IMG/VR virus record: IMGVR_UViG_2698536580_000004
Location: 1 to 26,180 of that record
Length of the DNA: 26,180 nucleotides
Source: a virus
Lineage: Duplodnaviria > Heunggongvirae > Uroviricota > Caudoviricetes
Direction: 5' to 3' (one strand)
The notes under the pieces were generated by a model. That model saw nothing but the letters and a program-made list of their open reading frames with translations. It had not been told where the DNA came from and made no database searches. Positions 7,404 to 16,585 of the stretch are shown in pieces; within the stretch, counting starts at the first letter, position 1; the number at the start of each line of letters is the position of its first letter. A program made the position numbers and the translations under genes.

Positions 7404-9181
7404 GCTGCTTTCCCTAAGTTACCCCAGCGTGATTTTCGCTGGTTTTCAAAGTTTAATGGCTCGTTGTCAATGGCATGGGCGATAGCCCAGAAACTGTCAG
7501 CGTGGCCGGTTTCTGCTGTACGGTCAGCGACAAACGTCATGGCGTTACCGCTGGCTGTGGACGTGCGGCGGATAGTCATAAAACTGGCGGCAATTTCGGT
7601 TTTTTCCTTATCCCATTCCACACGGCCATCTTCGATAACGTCGATCATCTTCATCACCAGGCGATTTTTCGTCTCCACGCCATAGCGGATAGGCACCGCC
7701 TGACGCATGGCGAAGTGCTGCACATCCTCAAAGACCCCGCTCCCCAGTCCGGTAATATCAATGCCGATGTAAGTCATGTTGTACTGACCAAACAGCTTTT
7801 TGATTTGTGCCGCCTGCCACTTCCAGTTCATCCCCTGCCAGTGAAATACACGCAGCACACGAAATTTTTCGCCGGCCACTATCGGCGGCGCGATAATCAC
7901 AAAGGTGGAGGTGTCACCGCTACGAGCCGGATCATAGCCCGCCCACACTTCACGATTGCCGAACGGCCGGGGCAGGTTTTCGTCATGATCCTCCCAGATA
8001 TCCGGATCAACACAGCAGCGTTCCACGTGAGAGAACGAAAATACGCTGTCCTTGCTGTCCACGAACACGCACATATACAGCATGTTGAAAGTGTCGCGGT
8101 TGTAGCGGTTGCGCAGTTTCCCGATGCTGGCGAGATTAAACCCGCCTGCGATCGCGTCTTCCATCGTGATGATGTAGCGCCACTGACCATCAGGACATAA
8201 CCGTCCACCGTCACGCAGCTCCTTCTCCGTGGGAAATTGTACGCGTGCACGTTTTTTGTCACCGCGCTTCCATTCTTCACCTGTCCAGAACGGGTATGCC
8301 TGGTGCGTTTTGCTGCTGGGGGTGGAAAAGTAGGTGGTTCGCCATTTGTCGTGTGTGGCCATCGCGCTGGCCACTTCGTTTAATTTTGCAAAGTTGGGTA
8401 CCCAGAAATATTCATCGCAGTACAGATGGCCGCTGTATGACTGGGCGGTGTTCTTGTTGGTGGACAGGAATCGCAGCTCCGCGCCGTTGGAGAGGCGGAT
8501 GGGGTTTCCTGTCAGCTCCACGCCGAAATACTGCTCCGCAATGTTGACGATATAGCTGCGGAATACTTCAGCCTGAGCCTTTGATGCAGACAGGAAGATT
8601 TGCGGATCGCCTGTCATTACCGCATTCTCAAAGGCTTCTATTGAGAAATACCAGGTTGCACCAATCTGGCGGCTTTTCAGGATGTTCCTGATTTGCTGAT
8701 GAAGATTAGCGCGAAGGTGTTTCTGGTAGCCGAAAAGGTGCTCCAGCGCGAACCGGTCAAAATCTTCCTGTGTCAGCCCGCTGATGTCGTTCTTTTTGTA
8801 CTTGCCACGTTTCCGGGACTTTTCGTCGCCACCGGACTGGCGCGCCGGCGCATCATTTTCACTGTGTTTAATTTCTGCCAGCTTTTCCTGATGCTTATTG
8901 TGCTGTGCACGTAGTTTCACCAGGTGAGAAACGAGACTGTCCAGCTCCCGCAGCTCCAGCTCCGATTTCCCTTCACGTAATGTCAGTGACTGAATGCGAC
9001 GGTTTAATGCATCTTCGGTGGATTCATGACTGAGTAATTCCGCCCAGCAATATTTCTCCGCCCAGTAATAGACAATGCGTCTGTTAGGCAGATTAAGTTC
9101 GCTGGCAATTTCCTGCGGGGTATAGCGTTTTAAATAAAGCGCCCGCGCAACGCCTTTTAATTCTTCTGAATATTTAGCCAT
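7400..9181 (-). CDS. P: terminase large (ATPase) subunit (P2 gpP-like)
   Basis: ~593 aa; size and position match P2 gpP; overlaps the portal start. Track start at 9196 is GTG; first ATG is at 9181 (MAKYSEEL). Neither has a clear SD. Confidence 0.8.
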   Translation of the reverse strand: MAKYSEELKGVARALYLKRYTPQEIASELNLPNRRIVYYWAEKYCWAELLSHESTEDALNRRIQSLTLREGKSELELRELDSLVSHLVKLRAQHNKHQEKLAEIKHSENDAPARQSGGDEKSRKRGKYKKNDISGLTQEDFDRFALEHLFGYQKHLRANLHQQIRNILKSRQIGATWYFSIEAFENAVMTGDPQIFLSASKAQAEVFRSYIVNIAEQYFGVELTGNPIRLSNGAELRFLSTNKNTAQSYSGHLYCDEYFWVPNFAKLNEVASAMATHDKWRTTYFSTPSSKTHQAYPFWTGEEWKRGDKKRARVQFPTEKELRDGGRLCPDGQWRYIITMEDAIAGGFNLASIGKLRNRYNRDTFNMLYMCVFVDSKDSVFSFSHVERCCVDPDIWEDHDENLPRPFGNREVWAGYDPARSGDTSTFVIIAPPIVAGEKFRVLRVFHWQGMNWKWQAAQIKKLFGQYNMTYIGIDITGLGSGVFEDVQHFAMRQAVPIRYGVETKNRLVMKMIDVIEDGRVEWDKEKTEIAASFMTIRRTSTASGNAMTFVADRTAETGHADSFWAIAHAIDNEPLNFENQRKSRWGNLGKAA

Positions 9182-9324
9182 GCACACATTATGCACGGGC
9201 GTTTGTATATTAAATCCCGCTTTATTTCTGATGTGTTCGGCTAATAGCCTATATCCGAAATGAAGTGAATGCGGCGGTTAATTTTATTGGCGATACTGAA
9301 AACCGCAGCATGAACGGAGGCAAT
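9182..9324. promoter_or_regulatory. divergent late promoter region (terminase/portal leftward, capsid operon rightward)
   Basis: Only sizeable non-coding gap between divergent late operons; AT-rich. No canonical TGT-N12-ACA Ogr box found by eye. Confidence 0.4.
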
Positions 9325-10164
9325 ATGTCAGGTTCACAACTGGCAACAAACTGGATTTGTATCGCCACTGCGGGTGAAACGGTTGATAAGCGATTTATTG
9401 AAGAACAATGGTTGCTTGATGCCGCTGAATTATATGACCCCTCTTTGTATACCGCGCTGTTATGGCCGGAACATTCCCGTAATTTCGGGAATATGGGGGA
9501 GGTGCTGGAAGTAAAAGCCGAGCGAGATGATGAAGGTATTCTTCGTTTATATGCCCGCCTCTGTCCGGCGATTTCATTGCTACAGGCAAATGCAGACGGT
9601 CAGCTTTTATTTTTATCACCGGAGTTTACACCGGACGGCAATTTCAGAAATACCGGGAAAACCTATCTTGAGGGACTGGCCATTACTGACAGTCCGGCCG
9701 GGGTAAGCACCACACGGTTACGTTTCAGCCGCACCAGGGGAAAACGCATCGGACCATACAAGCCGCTGGCGTTTGATGAAGTCAGGGAATTTAAAAAGGA
9801 AAAGGGAATGTCAAAGACAGCGAAAAAGGGCTGGCGCCATTTTTTCAGTATCGAAGAACCGGAGCAGACCCCGGAGCAGGAACCTTCACAGTCTGATGCC
9901 TTACAGGCGCTGGCTGAAGCGCTGGATGCCATTGATAAGCGCGTATCTGCTATTGAAACCCGTCTGGGTGAGGCGGAAGAAGCGGTATCTGATGTGCAGG
10001 ACGATGTGGACACAGTGAAGGAAGTGGTGGACACCGAAGATTTTGCGCGTCTGGTGGGGAACCTGCCGGAGCTGGTGAAAAACTTCAGCAAGCTGAATAA
10101 CAAAGTTACTCAACTGCCGGACAAGAAATTCAGCAAGGGCAAAAAAGGCTTCAATTTCCTGTAA
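9325..10164 (+). CDS. O: capsid scaffolding protein (P2 gpO-like)
   Basis: Track ORF starts at GTG 9265; ATG at 9325 (MSGSQL) has GGAGG 5 nt upstream, giving ~279 aa (P2 gpO is ~284 aa). Acidic C-terminal half; position before the major capsid gene. Confidence 0.75.
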   Translation: MSGSQLATNWICIATAGETVDKRFIEEQWLLDAAELYDPSLYTALLWPEHSRNFGNMGEVLEVKAERDDEGILRLYARLCPAISLLQANADGQLLFLSPEFTPDGNFRNTGKTYLEGLAITDSPAGVSTTRLRFSRTRGKRIGPYKPLAFDEVREFKKEKGMSKTAKKGWRHFFSIEEPEQTPEQEPSQSDALQALAEALDAIDKRVSAIETRLGEAEEAVSDVQDDVDTVKEVVDTEDFARLVGNLPELVKNFSKLNNKVTQLPDKKFSKGKKGFNFL

Positions 10165-10198
10165 GGGATAACACTACTTTTCTTTAAGGAAAAAGAAT

Positions 10199-11227
10199 AT
10201 GCAATTAAATGCGAAAGCCCGTGAGTTCCTGCTTCAGTATCACACCGGGCTGCGTGAATCCTACGGGGCGACCGACAGTGAACGCTGGTTTGCACTCACC
10301 GACCCCAAAGAAACCCAGCTGCGCAATGCGCTGATGGAGCAGTCTGATTTCCTGAATCTGATCACCGTTGCCGATGTCGATCAGCTGCAGGGGCAGGTGG
10401 TTCCGGTTGGCAGCTCTGGCCTGTATACCGGGCGTGTGCTGGATGGCCGCTTCCGTAAGAAAGTGGGCGTGAGTGGTAATGATTACAGTCTGGTCGAGAC
10501 TGACTCATGCGCCGCACTCACCTGGCAGTTGCTTTCTGTCTGGGCGAACGCCGGCGATGAAAACGAGTTTTTCCAGCGTGTTCAGGAGTTCACCAATCAG
10601 GCGTTTGCGCTGGATATGCTGCGTATCGGCTTTAACGGTACCAAAGTAGCCGAAACCACGAACGCGGAAACCAACCCGAACGGCGAGGATGTGAACAAGG
10701 GCTGGCATCAGATCGTCAAAGAGTGGAAGGACGGCCAGCAGATCATCACTGATGCGGTGGTGCTGGACGGTGACGGGAAAGGCGATTACGTGTCGCTGGA
10801 TGCAATGGCTTCCGATCTTATCAATACCAAAATCCCGGCACAGTACCGTAATGACCCGCGTCTGGTGGTTCTTGTCGGCGCTGACCTTGTGGCAGCTGAA
10901 TCTTTCCGCCTGTACCAGAAAGCGGATAAGCCGACCGAGAAGATTGCCGCACAGCTGCTGTCTGACAGTATCGCCGGCCGCACGGCTTACGTCCCGCCGT
11001 TTATGCCGGGCAAACGTATGATCGTCACCACGCTGCCGAACCTGCACATCTACACCCAGCGCGGCACGCGCCAGCGCAAGGCAGAGTTTGTGGAAGACCG
11101 TAAACAGTACGAAAACAAATACCTGCGTAACGAAGGTTATGCGGTTGAGTATCCGGAACTGTACGCCGCGTTTGATGAAAGTGCGGTAACTATCGGGGCA
11201 CCTGTCGCGCCTCCGGCAGGCGAGTAA
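10199..11227 (+). CDS. N: major capsid protein (P2 gpN-like)
   Basis: 342 aa, directly after the scaffold gene with an AAGGAAA SD; size and synteny match P2 gpN. Confidence 0.8.
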   Translation: MQLNAKAREFLLQYHTGLRESYGATDSERWFALTDPKETQLRNALMEQSDFLNLITVADVDQLQGQVVPVGSSGLYTGRVLDGRFRKKVGVSGNDYSLVETDSCAALTWQLLSVWANAGDENEFFQRVQEFTNQAFALDMLRIGFNGTKVAETTNAETNPNGEDVNKGWHQIVKEWKDGQQIITDAVVLDGDGKGDYVSLDAMASDLINTKIPAQYRNDPRLVVLVGADLVAAESFRLYQKADKPTEKIAAQLLSDSIAGRTAYVPPFMPGKRMIVTTLPNLHIYTQRGTRQRKAEFVEDRKQYENKYLRNEGYAVEYPELYAAFDESAVTIGAPVAPPAGE

Positions 11228-11237
11228 GGGGGATTTA

Positions 11238-11936
11238 ATGCAACTGTCACCGGCACAGCGCCACAGCGCACGAATTGAAGCGGAGCGGTTACTGCGACAG
11301 CAGCAGTCTCTGGACACGGAAACCAGCCTGCATATTCAGATTGTCGCGCTGGAGAAAGATGTCGTCGCAGCTGCAGCGATTGAAAGCCGCGCTGAGCGCA
11401 TGGAGTTTAAGCGTGATGTGCTGTTACCGCGCTGGATGCCGACCGCGCAATCCTGGCTGGAAGGTGACAGTGTGCAACAGAATCCTGTTTTTGCCTGGTG
11501 TGTCGTCTGGCTGTTTGATACAGGCCAGTTTGACCAGGCGCTGGACTGGGCGGATGTGGCAATCCAGCGGGGGCAGGAAACCCCGGCCGCGTTCGGCAGT
11601 ACGTTCCCGGTGTTTGTGGCGGATACGGTGTTGTCCTGGGCGGAAGCGGAAGCCGTACAGGGGCATGAAGTGGAGCCGTACTTCAGCCGTACGCTGGAAA
11701 ACGTGACGCAGCACTGGAATGTGTATGAGGTCATTAAGGCCAAATACCTGAAGTTTGCCGGTCTGCACCTGCTACGCGATGAAAACGGAGAGCCACGCGC
11801 AGCGGCAACGGAAGACAGGGAAGTATTGCTCCGGGCTAAGGAACTGCTGGAGCAGGCGAAGGGATTCGACCCTAAATGTGGTGTCGGCACGATGTTGCAG
11901 CGTATTGCTGCGCGTCTGCGGGCGCTGAAAAAATAG
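11238..11936 (+). CDS. M: terminase small (endonuclease) subunit (P2 gpM-like)
   Basis: 232 aa; position after the capsid gene and size match P2 gpM. Confidence 0.7.
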   Translation: MQLSPAQRHSARIEAERLLRQQQSLDTETSLHIQIVALEKDVVAAAAIESRAERMEFKRDVLLPRWMPTAQSWLEGDSVQQNPVFAWCVVWLFDTGQFDQALDWADVAIQRGQETPAAFGSTFPVFVADTVLSWAEAEAVQGHEVEPYFSRTLENVTQHWNVYEVIKAKYLKFAGLHLLRDENGEPRAAATEDREVLLRAKELLEQAKGFDPKCGVGTMLQRIAARLRALKK

Positions 11937-11952
11937 TCTACGGGAGTTTGAT

Positions 11953-12144
11953 ATGTCGTTTAAGCATGAGTTAGGCCAGGTTGTTGAAGTTTCCATTAGC
12001 GGCGAAGAGGGGCATATCAAAGCCCGTGCGGAGTACACCAACAGCTGCAATCAGTATCTGATCCACTATCAGACTGCTGACGGTCGCGCATCTGATGCGT
12101 GGTTTGAAGAAGGTGAGATTCAGGCCGCAAAACGCGGCGAGTAA
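11953..12144 (+). CDS. hypothetical 63-aa protein
   Basis: Short ORF with a GGGAG SD inserted between the small terminase and head completion genes; no motif recognised. Confidence 0.4.
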   Translation: MSFKHELGQVVEVSISGEEGHIKARAEYTNSCNQYLIHYQTADGRASDAWFEEGEIQAAKRGE

Positions 12145-12157
12145 GACTACCGACCCG

Positions 12158-12224
12158 AAAGCGGGCGCGGTGGAGGGGATCGCATAAGCGTATCGCCCGT
12201 GGAAACCGGCCAGCCCGCTTTTTT
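12158..12224 (+). terminator. structured element / possible attenuator or terminator before head completion gene
   Basis: GCGGGC (12161-12166) pairs with GCCCGC (12213-12218), followed by TTTTTT (12219-12224); the ~46-nt intervening GC-rich loop may fold further. Confidence 0.35.
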
Positions 12225-12237
12225 CCGGAGAAACAGG

Positions 12238-12690
12238 ATGTTCAGCGGAACTTCAATTGATTTTGACGATGCCACTCTGACGAATGATGGCTTCTGGCCT
12301 GACCTGAGCGTGAAGGATTTTCAGTCCCAGCGCACCATTCCGGCCGATATTGATGTGGCCACCATCCGCCAGGCACTGCTGACTGCAGCCGGCGAAATCA
12401 ATGATGATCTGGTCAGTGTGGCGGCAAGGTATCGCAATGCTGGCCATGAGCGCGCGGCGGACGTTCCGGGCGTGGAAATTGACGGCGAAAATCTGTTGTG
12501 CGCCCGTTATCGCAAAGCGGTATATGCACGTGCCAAAGCTGATTTGATGGGCGAATTTGCGTCTGTTGGTCGCCGTGAGAGCCATCCGGGGCAGGAAAGT
12601 GACGAAACCCGCTCCAGCCTGATTGCAGAGTCCACACTGGCAGTACGCCGCATCAAAGGGCTGAAACGCATTACGGTGGCCATGATATGA
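12238..12690 (+). CDS. L: head completion/stabilisation protein (P2 gpL-like)
   Basis: Track ORF starts at GTG 12199; ATG at 12238 (MFSGTSIDF) follows a GGAGAAACAGG SD; ~150 aa; position after small terminase. Confidence 0.6.
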   Translation: MFSGTSIDFDDATLTNDGFWPDLSVKDFQSQRTIPADIDVATIRQALLTAAGEINDDLVSVAARYRNAGHERAADVPGVEIDGENLLCARYRKAVYARAKADLMGEFASVGRRESHPGQESDETRSSLIAESTLAVRRIKGLKRITVAMI

Positions 12691-13169
12691 GCCAGTTAAC
12701 GGCATTAACCGATTTTCTCATTGCGAACATGCCCAGACGGGCAATGCAGGGATTTGACAGCCAGATGGACGAGATCGCGTTCATCCCGGCACAGCGGGAC
12801 ATCGGGCTGGGGCAGTACCGTATTGCCATCATCCGTTATAACGCCGTGCTGACGTGGGAGCGTTATCCCTACCGCGAGTACGATCCCAAAATCCTGATGG
12901 CTTTGTTTATGTCGTGGCTTTGCCAGGATGAGCGCACGCTCTTTGAGGAAACCGGCATTGACGCCGAGCTGCCGGAATTTGATATCGAAACCATCGACCA
13001 GGAAACCGCCATCATGGTGGTGACGCTGCCAATGGTGGAGGAACTTAATCTGGTTCCCGATCCCAAAGGCCAGATCCCGTTTGATGGCCAGCGCTGGAAG
13101 CTGGCAAACCCCGAAGTCTGGACGGCTGATGAGGTGACGGTGATTCCGGTCAGTGAGGGGCAGGAATGA
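12687..13169 (+). CDS. putative tail completion protein (gpR-like)
   Basis: 160 aa; ATGA overlap with the upstream gene; called by position between head completion and the morphogenesis gene. Confidence 0.4.
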   Translation: MSQLTALTDFLIANMPRRAMQGFDSQMDEIAFIPAQRDIGLGQYRIAIIRYNAVLTWERYPYREYDPKILMALFMSWLCQDERTLFEETGIDAELPEFDIETIDQETAIMVVTLPMVEELNLVPDPKGQIPFDGQRWKLANPEVWTADEVTVIPVSEGQE

Positions 13170-13870
13170 TAAATGGCGAGCTGAACAAGGAACAGTTCCG
13201 CCAGCTCCAGGAGGCGCTGAAAAAACTGGATTTACCTTCTGCGAAACGTCGCCGGCTGTTGTGGCGTATGGCGAAATACGGCGTGGAAGCTGCAGCAAAG
13301 CGTAATGTGCGCAATCAGCAGTCGCCGGAGGGTGATAAGTGGCAGGCGCGACAGACCCGGCGTAAAGGCAAAATGTTGCGCAATATGCCGAAACTGATCC
13401 GCATCCGGGAAATGCCTGAAACAGAGTCGGTCAGGCTGTATCTGGCCGGTGGTCATTACCGGAATGCGAAGGGAAATCTGCCCGCCGGCGTGGTGGGGTA
13501 TGTCCAGCAGAACGGCATGAGCGTGACCGTCAACCGTAAGCAGGTGGAAGGCCGTGAGCAGGGGGACAAGCCTGCATCACTGCGACAGGCGAAACGTCTG
13601 CGCAAGGCCGGGTATAAAGTCAGGCGCGGTAAGCGCTGGCGTAAGCCCGGTTATAAGGAAATACAGGAAAGGATGACCGCCAGACAGGTAGGTTTGCTTA
13701 TCCGGATACTGGAGGACAAACCGGTCAAAACGTCCTGGCAGATTGATTTACCTGCCAGGGCGTTTCTGGGGATAGGTCAGGATGATTTTAACAAAGCGCT
13801 GGCGCGACAGCTGCAGGCTATCGGGTTCGGCTGGGATGTTAACGCGCAGGATATCAGGGGGAGAGCATGA
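13166..13870 (+). CDS. virion morphogenesis / tail completion protein (gpS-like)
   Basis: 234 aa, basic; ATGA overlap; positional call only. Confidence 0.45.
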   Translation: MINGELNKEQFRQLQEALKKLDLPSAKRRRLLWRMAKYGVEAAAKRNVRNQQSPEGDKWQARQTRRKGKMLRNMPKLIRIREMPETESVRLYLAGGHYRNAKGNLPAGVVGYVQQNGMSVTVNRKQVEGREQGDKPASLRQAKRLRKAGYKVRRGKRWRKPGYKEIQERMTARQVGLLIRILEDKPVKTSWQIDLPARAFLGIGQDDFNKALARQLQAIGFGWDVNAQDIRGRA

Positions 13871-14994
13871 CCTGGCCAATTGTGACCGTAAACCAGGTAA
13901 ATCAGCTGCTGGGTGAAACCACGGAAGTGGAGCGCACGCTGCTGTTTATCGGCACGGGAACCAAAAATGTAGGTAAGACGCTGGCAGTTAACGCACAGAG
14001 TGATTTTGATGCGCTGCTGGGCGAGGGTGACAGCCCGTTAAAAAGTGATGTGCTGGCCGCACTGGCGAACGCCGGCCAGAACTGGTGGGGATTTGTTCAT
14101 GTGCTGGCCGCAGACAGCGAGCCGGGGGCATGGGTGGATGCCGTTAAGGCCGCACAGCTCTCCTGTTCGGTGGAAGGTGTGGTGCTGTCTGATGATGTGG
14201 CCGCGAAAGCGCAGATTAACCAGGCGGCAACGCTGCGATCTGAACTGATTGCTAAATACGGGCGCTGGGTGTGGTTCATTCTGGCGGTTCAGGGGATGCA
14301 GCAGGATGAAGCCCAGGCGGATTATCTGGTGCGTCTGTCCACTCTTCAGGAAGGTATTGCGGAAAAAGCGGTACAGCTGGTACCCCGTCTCTGGGGGAAT
14401 GAACCGGGCGTGCTGGCTGGTCGTCTCTGCAACCGTGCTGTCACCATCGCCGACAGTCCGGCGCGGGTGAAAACAGGCGCGTTGCTGAGCATGGGCAGTG
14501 ATGAACTGCCGAAAGACGGTGCCGGCGAAACGCTGGAACTGGCGACCCTTCAGGCGCTGGAGGCACAGCGCTACAGCGTGCCGATGTGGTATCCGGACTA
14601 TGACGGCTTTTACTGGGCTGACGGGCGCACGCTGGACGTTGAGGGCGGCGATTACCAGTCCATTGAGACGCTGCGTATTGTGGATAAGGCAGCACGCCGC
14701 GTCCGTCTGCTGGCCATCGGTAAGATTGCCGATCGCTCACTTAACAGTACACCGGGCAGTATTGCCGCACACCAGACGCTGTTTGCCCGTCCGCTGCGGG
14801 AAATGTCCACTGCGGCCAGCATTAACGGCGTGTCATTTCCGGGCGAGGTGAAACCTCCACAGGACGGTGACGTGACCATTGTCTGGAAGAACAAAAAGGC
14901 GGTGGATATTTACATTGTGGTGCGTACGTATGAAGTACCGCTGCAGATCACCATCAGTCTGTTACTGGATGCAAGTCTGGAGGCCAGCGCATGA
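13867..14994 (+). CDS. putative contractile tail sheath protein
   Basis: 375 aa, largest structural ORF directly upstream of a ~150-aa tube-sized gene in a tail with baseplate J-like and fibre genes; positional inference. Confidence 0.45.
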   Translation: MTWPIVTVNQVNQLLGETTEVERTLLFIGTGTKNVGKTLAVNAQSDFDALLGEGDSPLKSDVLAALANAGQNWWGFVHVLAADSEPGAWVDAVKAAQLSCSVEGVVLSDDVAAKAQINQAATLRSELIAKYGRWVWFILAVQGMQQDEAQADYLVRLSTLQEGIAEKAVQLVPRLWGNEPGVLAGRLCNRAVTIADSPARVKTGALLSMGSDELPKDGAGETLELATLQALEAQRYSVPMWYPDYDGFYWADGRTLDVEGGDYQSIETLRIVDKAARRVRLLAIGKIADRSLNSTPGSIAAHQTLFARPLREMSTAASINGVSFPGEVKPPQDGDVTIVWKNKKAVDIYIVVRTYEVPLQITISLLLDASLEASA

Positions 14995-15446
14995 CCAAAC
15001 GTATTTCAGGGATGTCCTTTGATATCTATCTGGACGGTGACCTGATCCACATTGAAAAAATTTCGCTGGATATTACCGATAACAGCGCCGCCGCACAGAC
15101 GCGCGGTGTTCCTGACGGGTATGTGGACGGTGACGTTGCCGCCGAGGGTGAAATTGAAGTCAGCTCCAAAGTGCTGCAGGTTCTGACAGCCAAAGCCCGT
15201 TCAGCGGGGTCATGGCGTGGCATTCCTCCGGTTGACTTCCTTTTTTACGCCAAAGCCGGCAGCGAAGAAATGAAAGTGGAAACCTTTGGTAACAAGCTGC
15301 AGCTCAACAGCGTTCTGGATGGTGATCCGAAGGGTGGCAGTGTGTCCACGCATAAAATCAAATACTTCGTGACAAGTCCGAAGTTCGTCAACATCAACGG
15401 TGTGCCGTATCTGGAAGCGGAAGCCACGGAAAACCTGATTGGATAA
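14991..15446 (+). CDS. putative tail tube protein
   Basis: 151 aa, ATGA-coupled to the putative sheath gene; positional inference. Confidence 0.45.
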   Translation: MTKRISGMSFDIYLDGDLIHIEKISLDITDNSAAAQTRGVPDGYVDGDVAAEGEIEVSSKVLQVLTAKARSAGSWRGIPPVDFLFYAKAGSEEMKVETFGNKLQLNSVLDGDPKGGSVSTHKIKYFVTSPKFVNINGVPYLEAEATENLIG

Positions 15447-15458
15447 GAGGCAGCAGGG

Positions 15459-15755
15459 ATGCAGGAGTACGAAAAGGGGTTCATTGCACTGGCAGTCATG
15501 GGGGCGCTGATTGCGCTGGGTAAATTGCTTAACAGTGATGAACCGATCACCCTTCGTCTGGTGGCGGGGCGTGTCATTGTGGGCAGCGGGCTGTCACTGA
15601 TTGCCGGGGTGGCGCTGTACTTTGTCCCGGATATTCACCCGCTCGCATTAGCCGGATTTGGCTCTGCGCTGGGTATCCTGGGGCAGAATGCGGTGGAAGC
15701 CTGGCTGCGTAAGCGGGGTTTTACAGGGATTTTTGATAAAGGGACAGGGAAATGA
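15459..15755 (+). CDS. holin (three predicted TM segments, charged C-terminus)
   Basis: 98 aa with hydrophobic segments FIALAVMGALIALGKLL, VIVGSGLSLIAGVALYFV, LALAGFGSALGILG and basic tail RKRGF; immediately upstream of the endolysin. Confidence 0.6.
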   Translation: MQEYEKGFIALAVMGALIALGKLLNSDEPITLRLVAGRVIVGSGLSLIAGVALYFVPDIHPLALAGFGSALGILGQNAVEAWLRKRGFTGIFDKGTGK

Positions 15756-16093
15756 CTCTGAGCGAAAAACAGCAACTCTTTACCGTTATGGTGGCAAATC
15801 TGATCCAGTGGGCTGAAGAACATGGCTACCGGCTGACGTTTGGTGAGGCTTACCGTACCCCGGAACAGGCTGCACTGAACGCGAAAAAAGGCAGCGGCAT
15901 TTCCAGCAGTCTGCACACGCAACGTCTGGCCGTGGACTTCAATCTGTTCATTAATGGCCAGTATCAGACCGACAGCGCGGCGTATCTGCCGCTGGGTGAA
16001 TACTGGGAATCGCTGGGTGGTTCATGGGGCGGTCGCTTCAAATCCCGCCCTGATGGTAATCATTTCAGCCTGGAACATAACGGGGTGCGCTGA
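15752..16093 (+). CDS. endolysin, M15-family zinc peptidase (L-Ala-D-Glu peptidase type)
   Basis: 113 aa; SLHTQRLAVD (H-x6-D) plus downstream DGNHFSLEH fit the His-Asp-His zinc site of M15 peptidases; ATGA overlap with the holin. Confidence 0.7.
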   Translation: MTLSEKQQLFTVMVANLIQWAEEHGYRLTFGEAYRTPEQAALNAKKGSGISSSLHTQRLAVDFNLFINGQYQTDSAAYLPLGEYWESLGGSWGGRFKSRPDGNHFSLEHNGVR

Positions 16094-16425
16094 TGGATCG
16101 CGTCGTGTCAGGCTGGTTATTCACTCTTGCTCTGGCATTTATAGCCGGCTGGAAAACGGCCGGCTGGCAGCGGGACAGTGTTGATCTGACTGTCTCAAAA
16201 GCGGTCACCGCGACCGGGGAACAACTGGCTGAAATTGCCGGTTCATCCGGTCGCCGGCTGGAAGACAAACTGGAGGCACTGAAAAATGCGCCACCGCGTG
16301 AAATCCGCACGGAAGTGGTTAAGCCGGTATTTACTAATAAGTGTCTGTCTGATGACTTTGTCCGCATGTACAACGACGCCGTCACCAGTACCGAACGTAC
16401 GTTATCAGGAAAACCTGAAAACTAA
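16093..16425 (+). CDS. i-spanin (Rz-like)
   Basis: 110 aa, N-terminal TM segment (WLFTLALAFIAGW) then a charged periplasmic region; start overlaps the endolysin stop (TGATG). Confidence 0.6.
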   Translation: MDRVVSGWLFTLALAFIAGWKTAGWQRDSVDLTVSKAVTATGEQLAEIAGSSGRRLEDKLEALKNAPPREIRTEVVKPVFTNKCLSDDFVRMYNDAVTSTERTLSGKPEN

Positions 16426-16585
16426 ATGCGCCACGCAGCTGCCGCGCCTGAGTGGAACGCAGGGAAAAGATGCGGCGGAATTACTGACACTTTATCTGGA
16501 GTTATACGGGCAGTGTGCTGCACGGCATAACGCACTTGTTGATGAAATTAATTTAAGAGAGAACGTTATTTATGGAAAAAATTAA
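16286..16585 (+). CDS. o-spanin lipoprotein (Rz1-like), out-of-frame overlap with i-spanin
   Basis: Different frame starting inside the i-spanin gene; signal peptide ending in lipobox LSAC (Cys codon 16367-16369) then Pro-rich TTTPSPVP; extends past the i-spanin stop. Confidence 0.55.
   Translation: MRHRVKSARKWLSRYLLISVCLMTLSACTTTPSPVPNVRYQENLKTKCATQLPRLSGTQGKDAAELLTLYLELYGQCAARHNALVDEINLRENVIYGKN

Noticed and set aside
6291-8200. Plus-strand ORFs (148, 289, 241 aa) overlapping the portal and terminase genes
   Set aside because: Antisense to strongly supported portal and terminase ORFs; Arg/His/Cys-rich junk-like translations.
9182-9324. Search for a canonical P2 Ogr box (TGT-N12-ACA) in the divergent late promoter region
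   Set aside because: The TGT triplets present are not followed by ACA at the correct spacing; no confident match, so no Ogr site is annotated.
10505-11317. 270-aa minus-strand ORF antisense to the major capsid gene
   Set aside because: Lies wholly inside a well-supported capsid gene, has Cys/Arg-rich low-complexity composition and no SD; typical antisense shadow ORF in GC-rich coding DNA.
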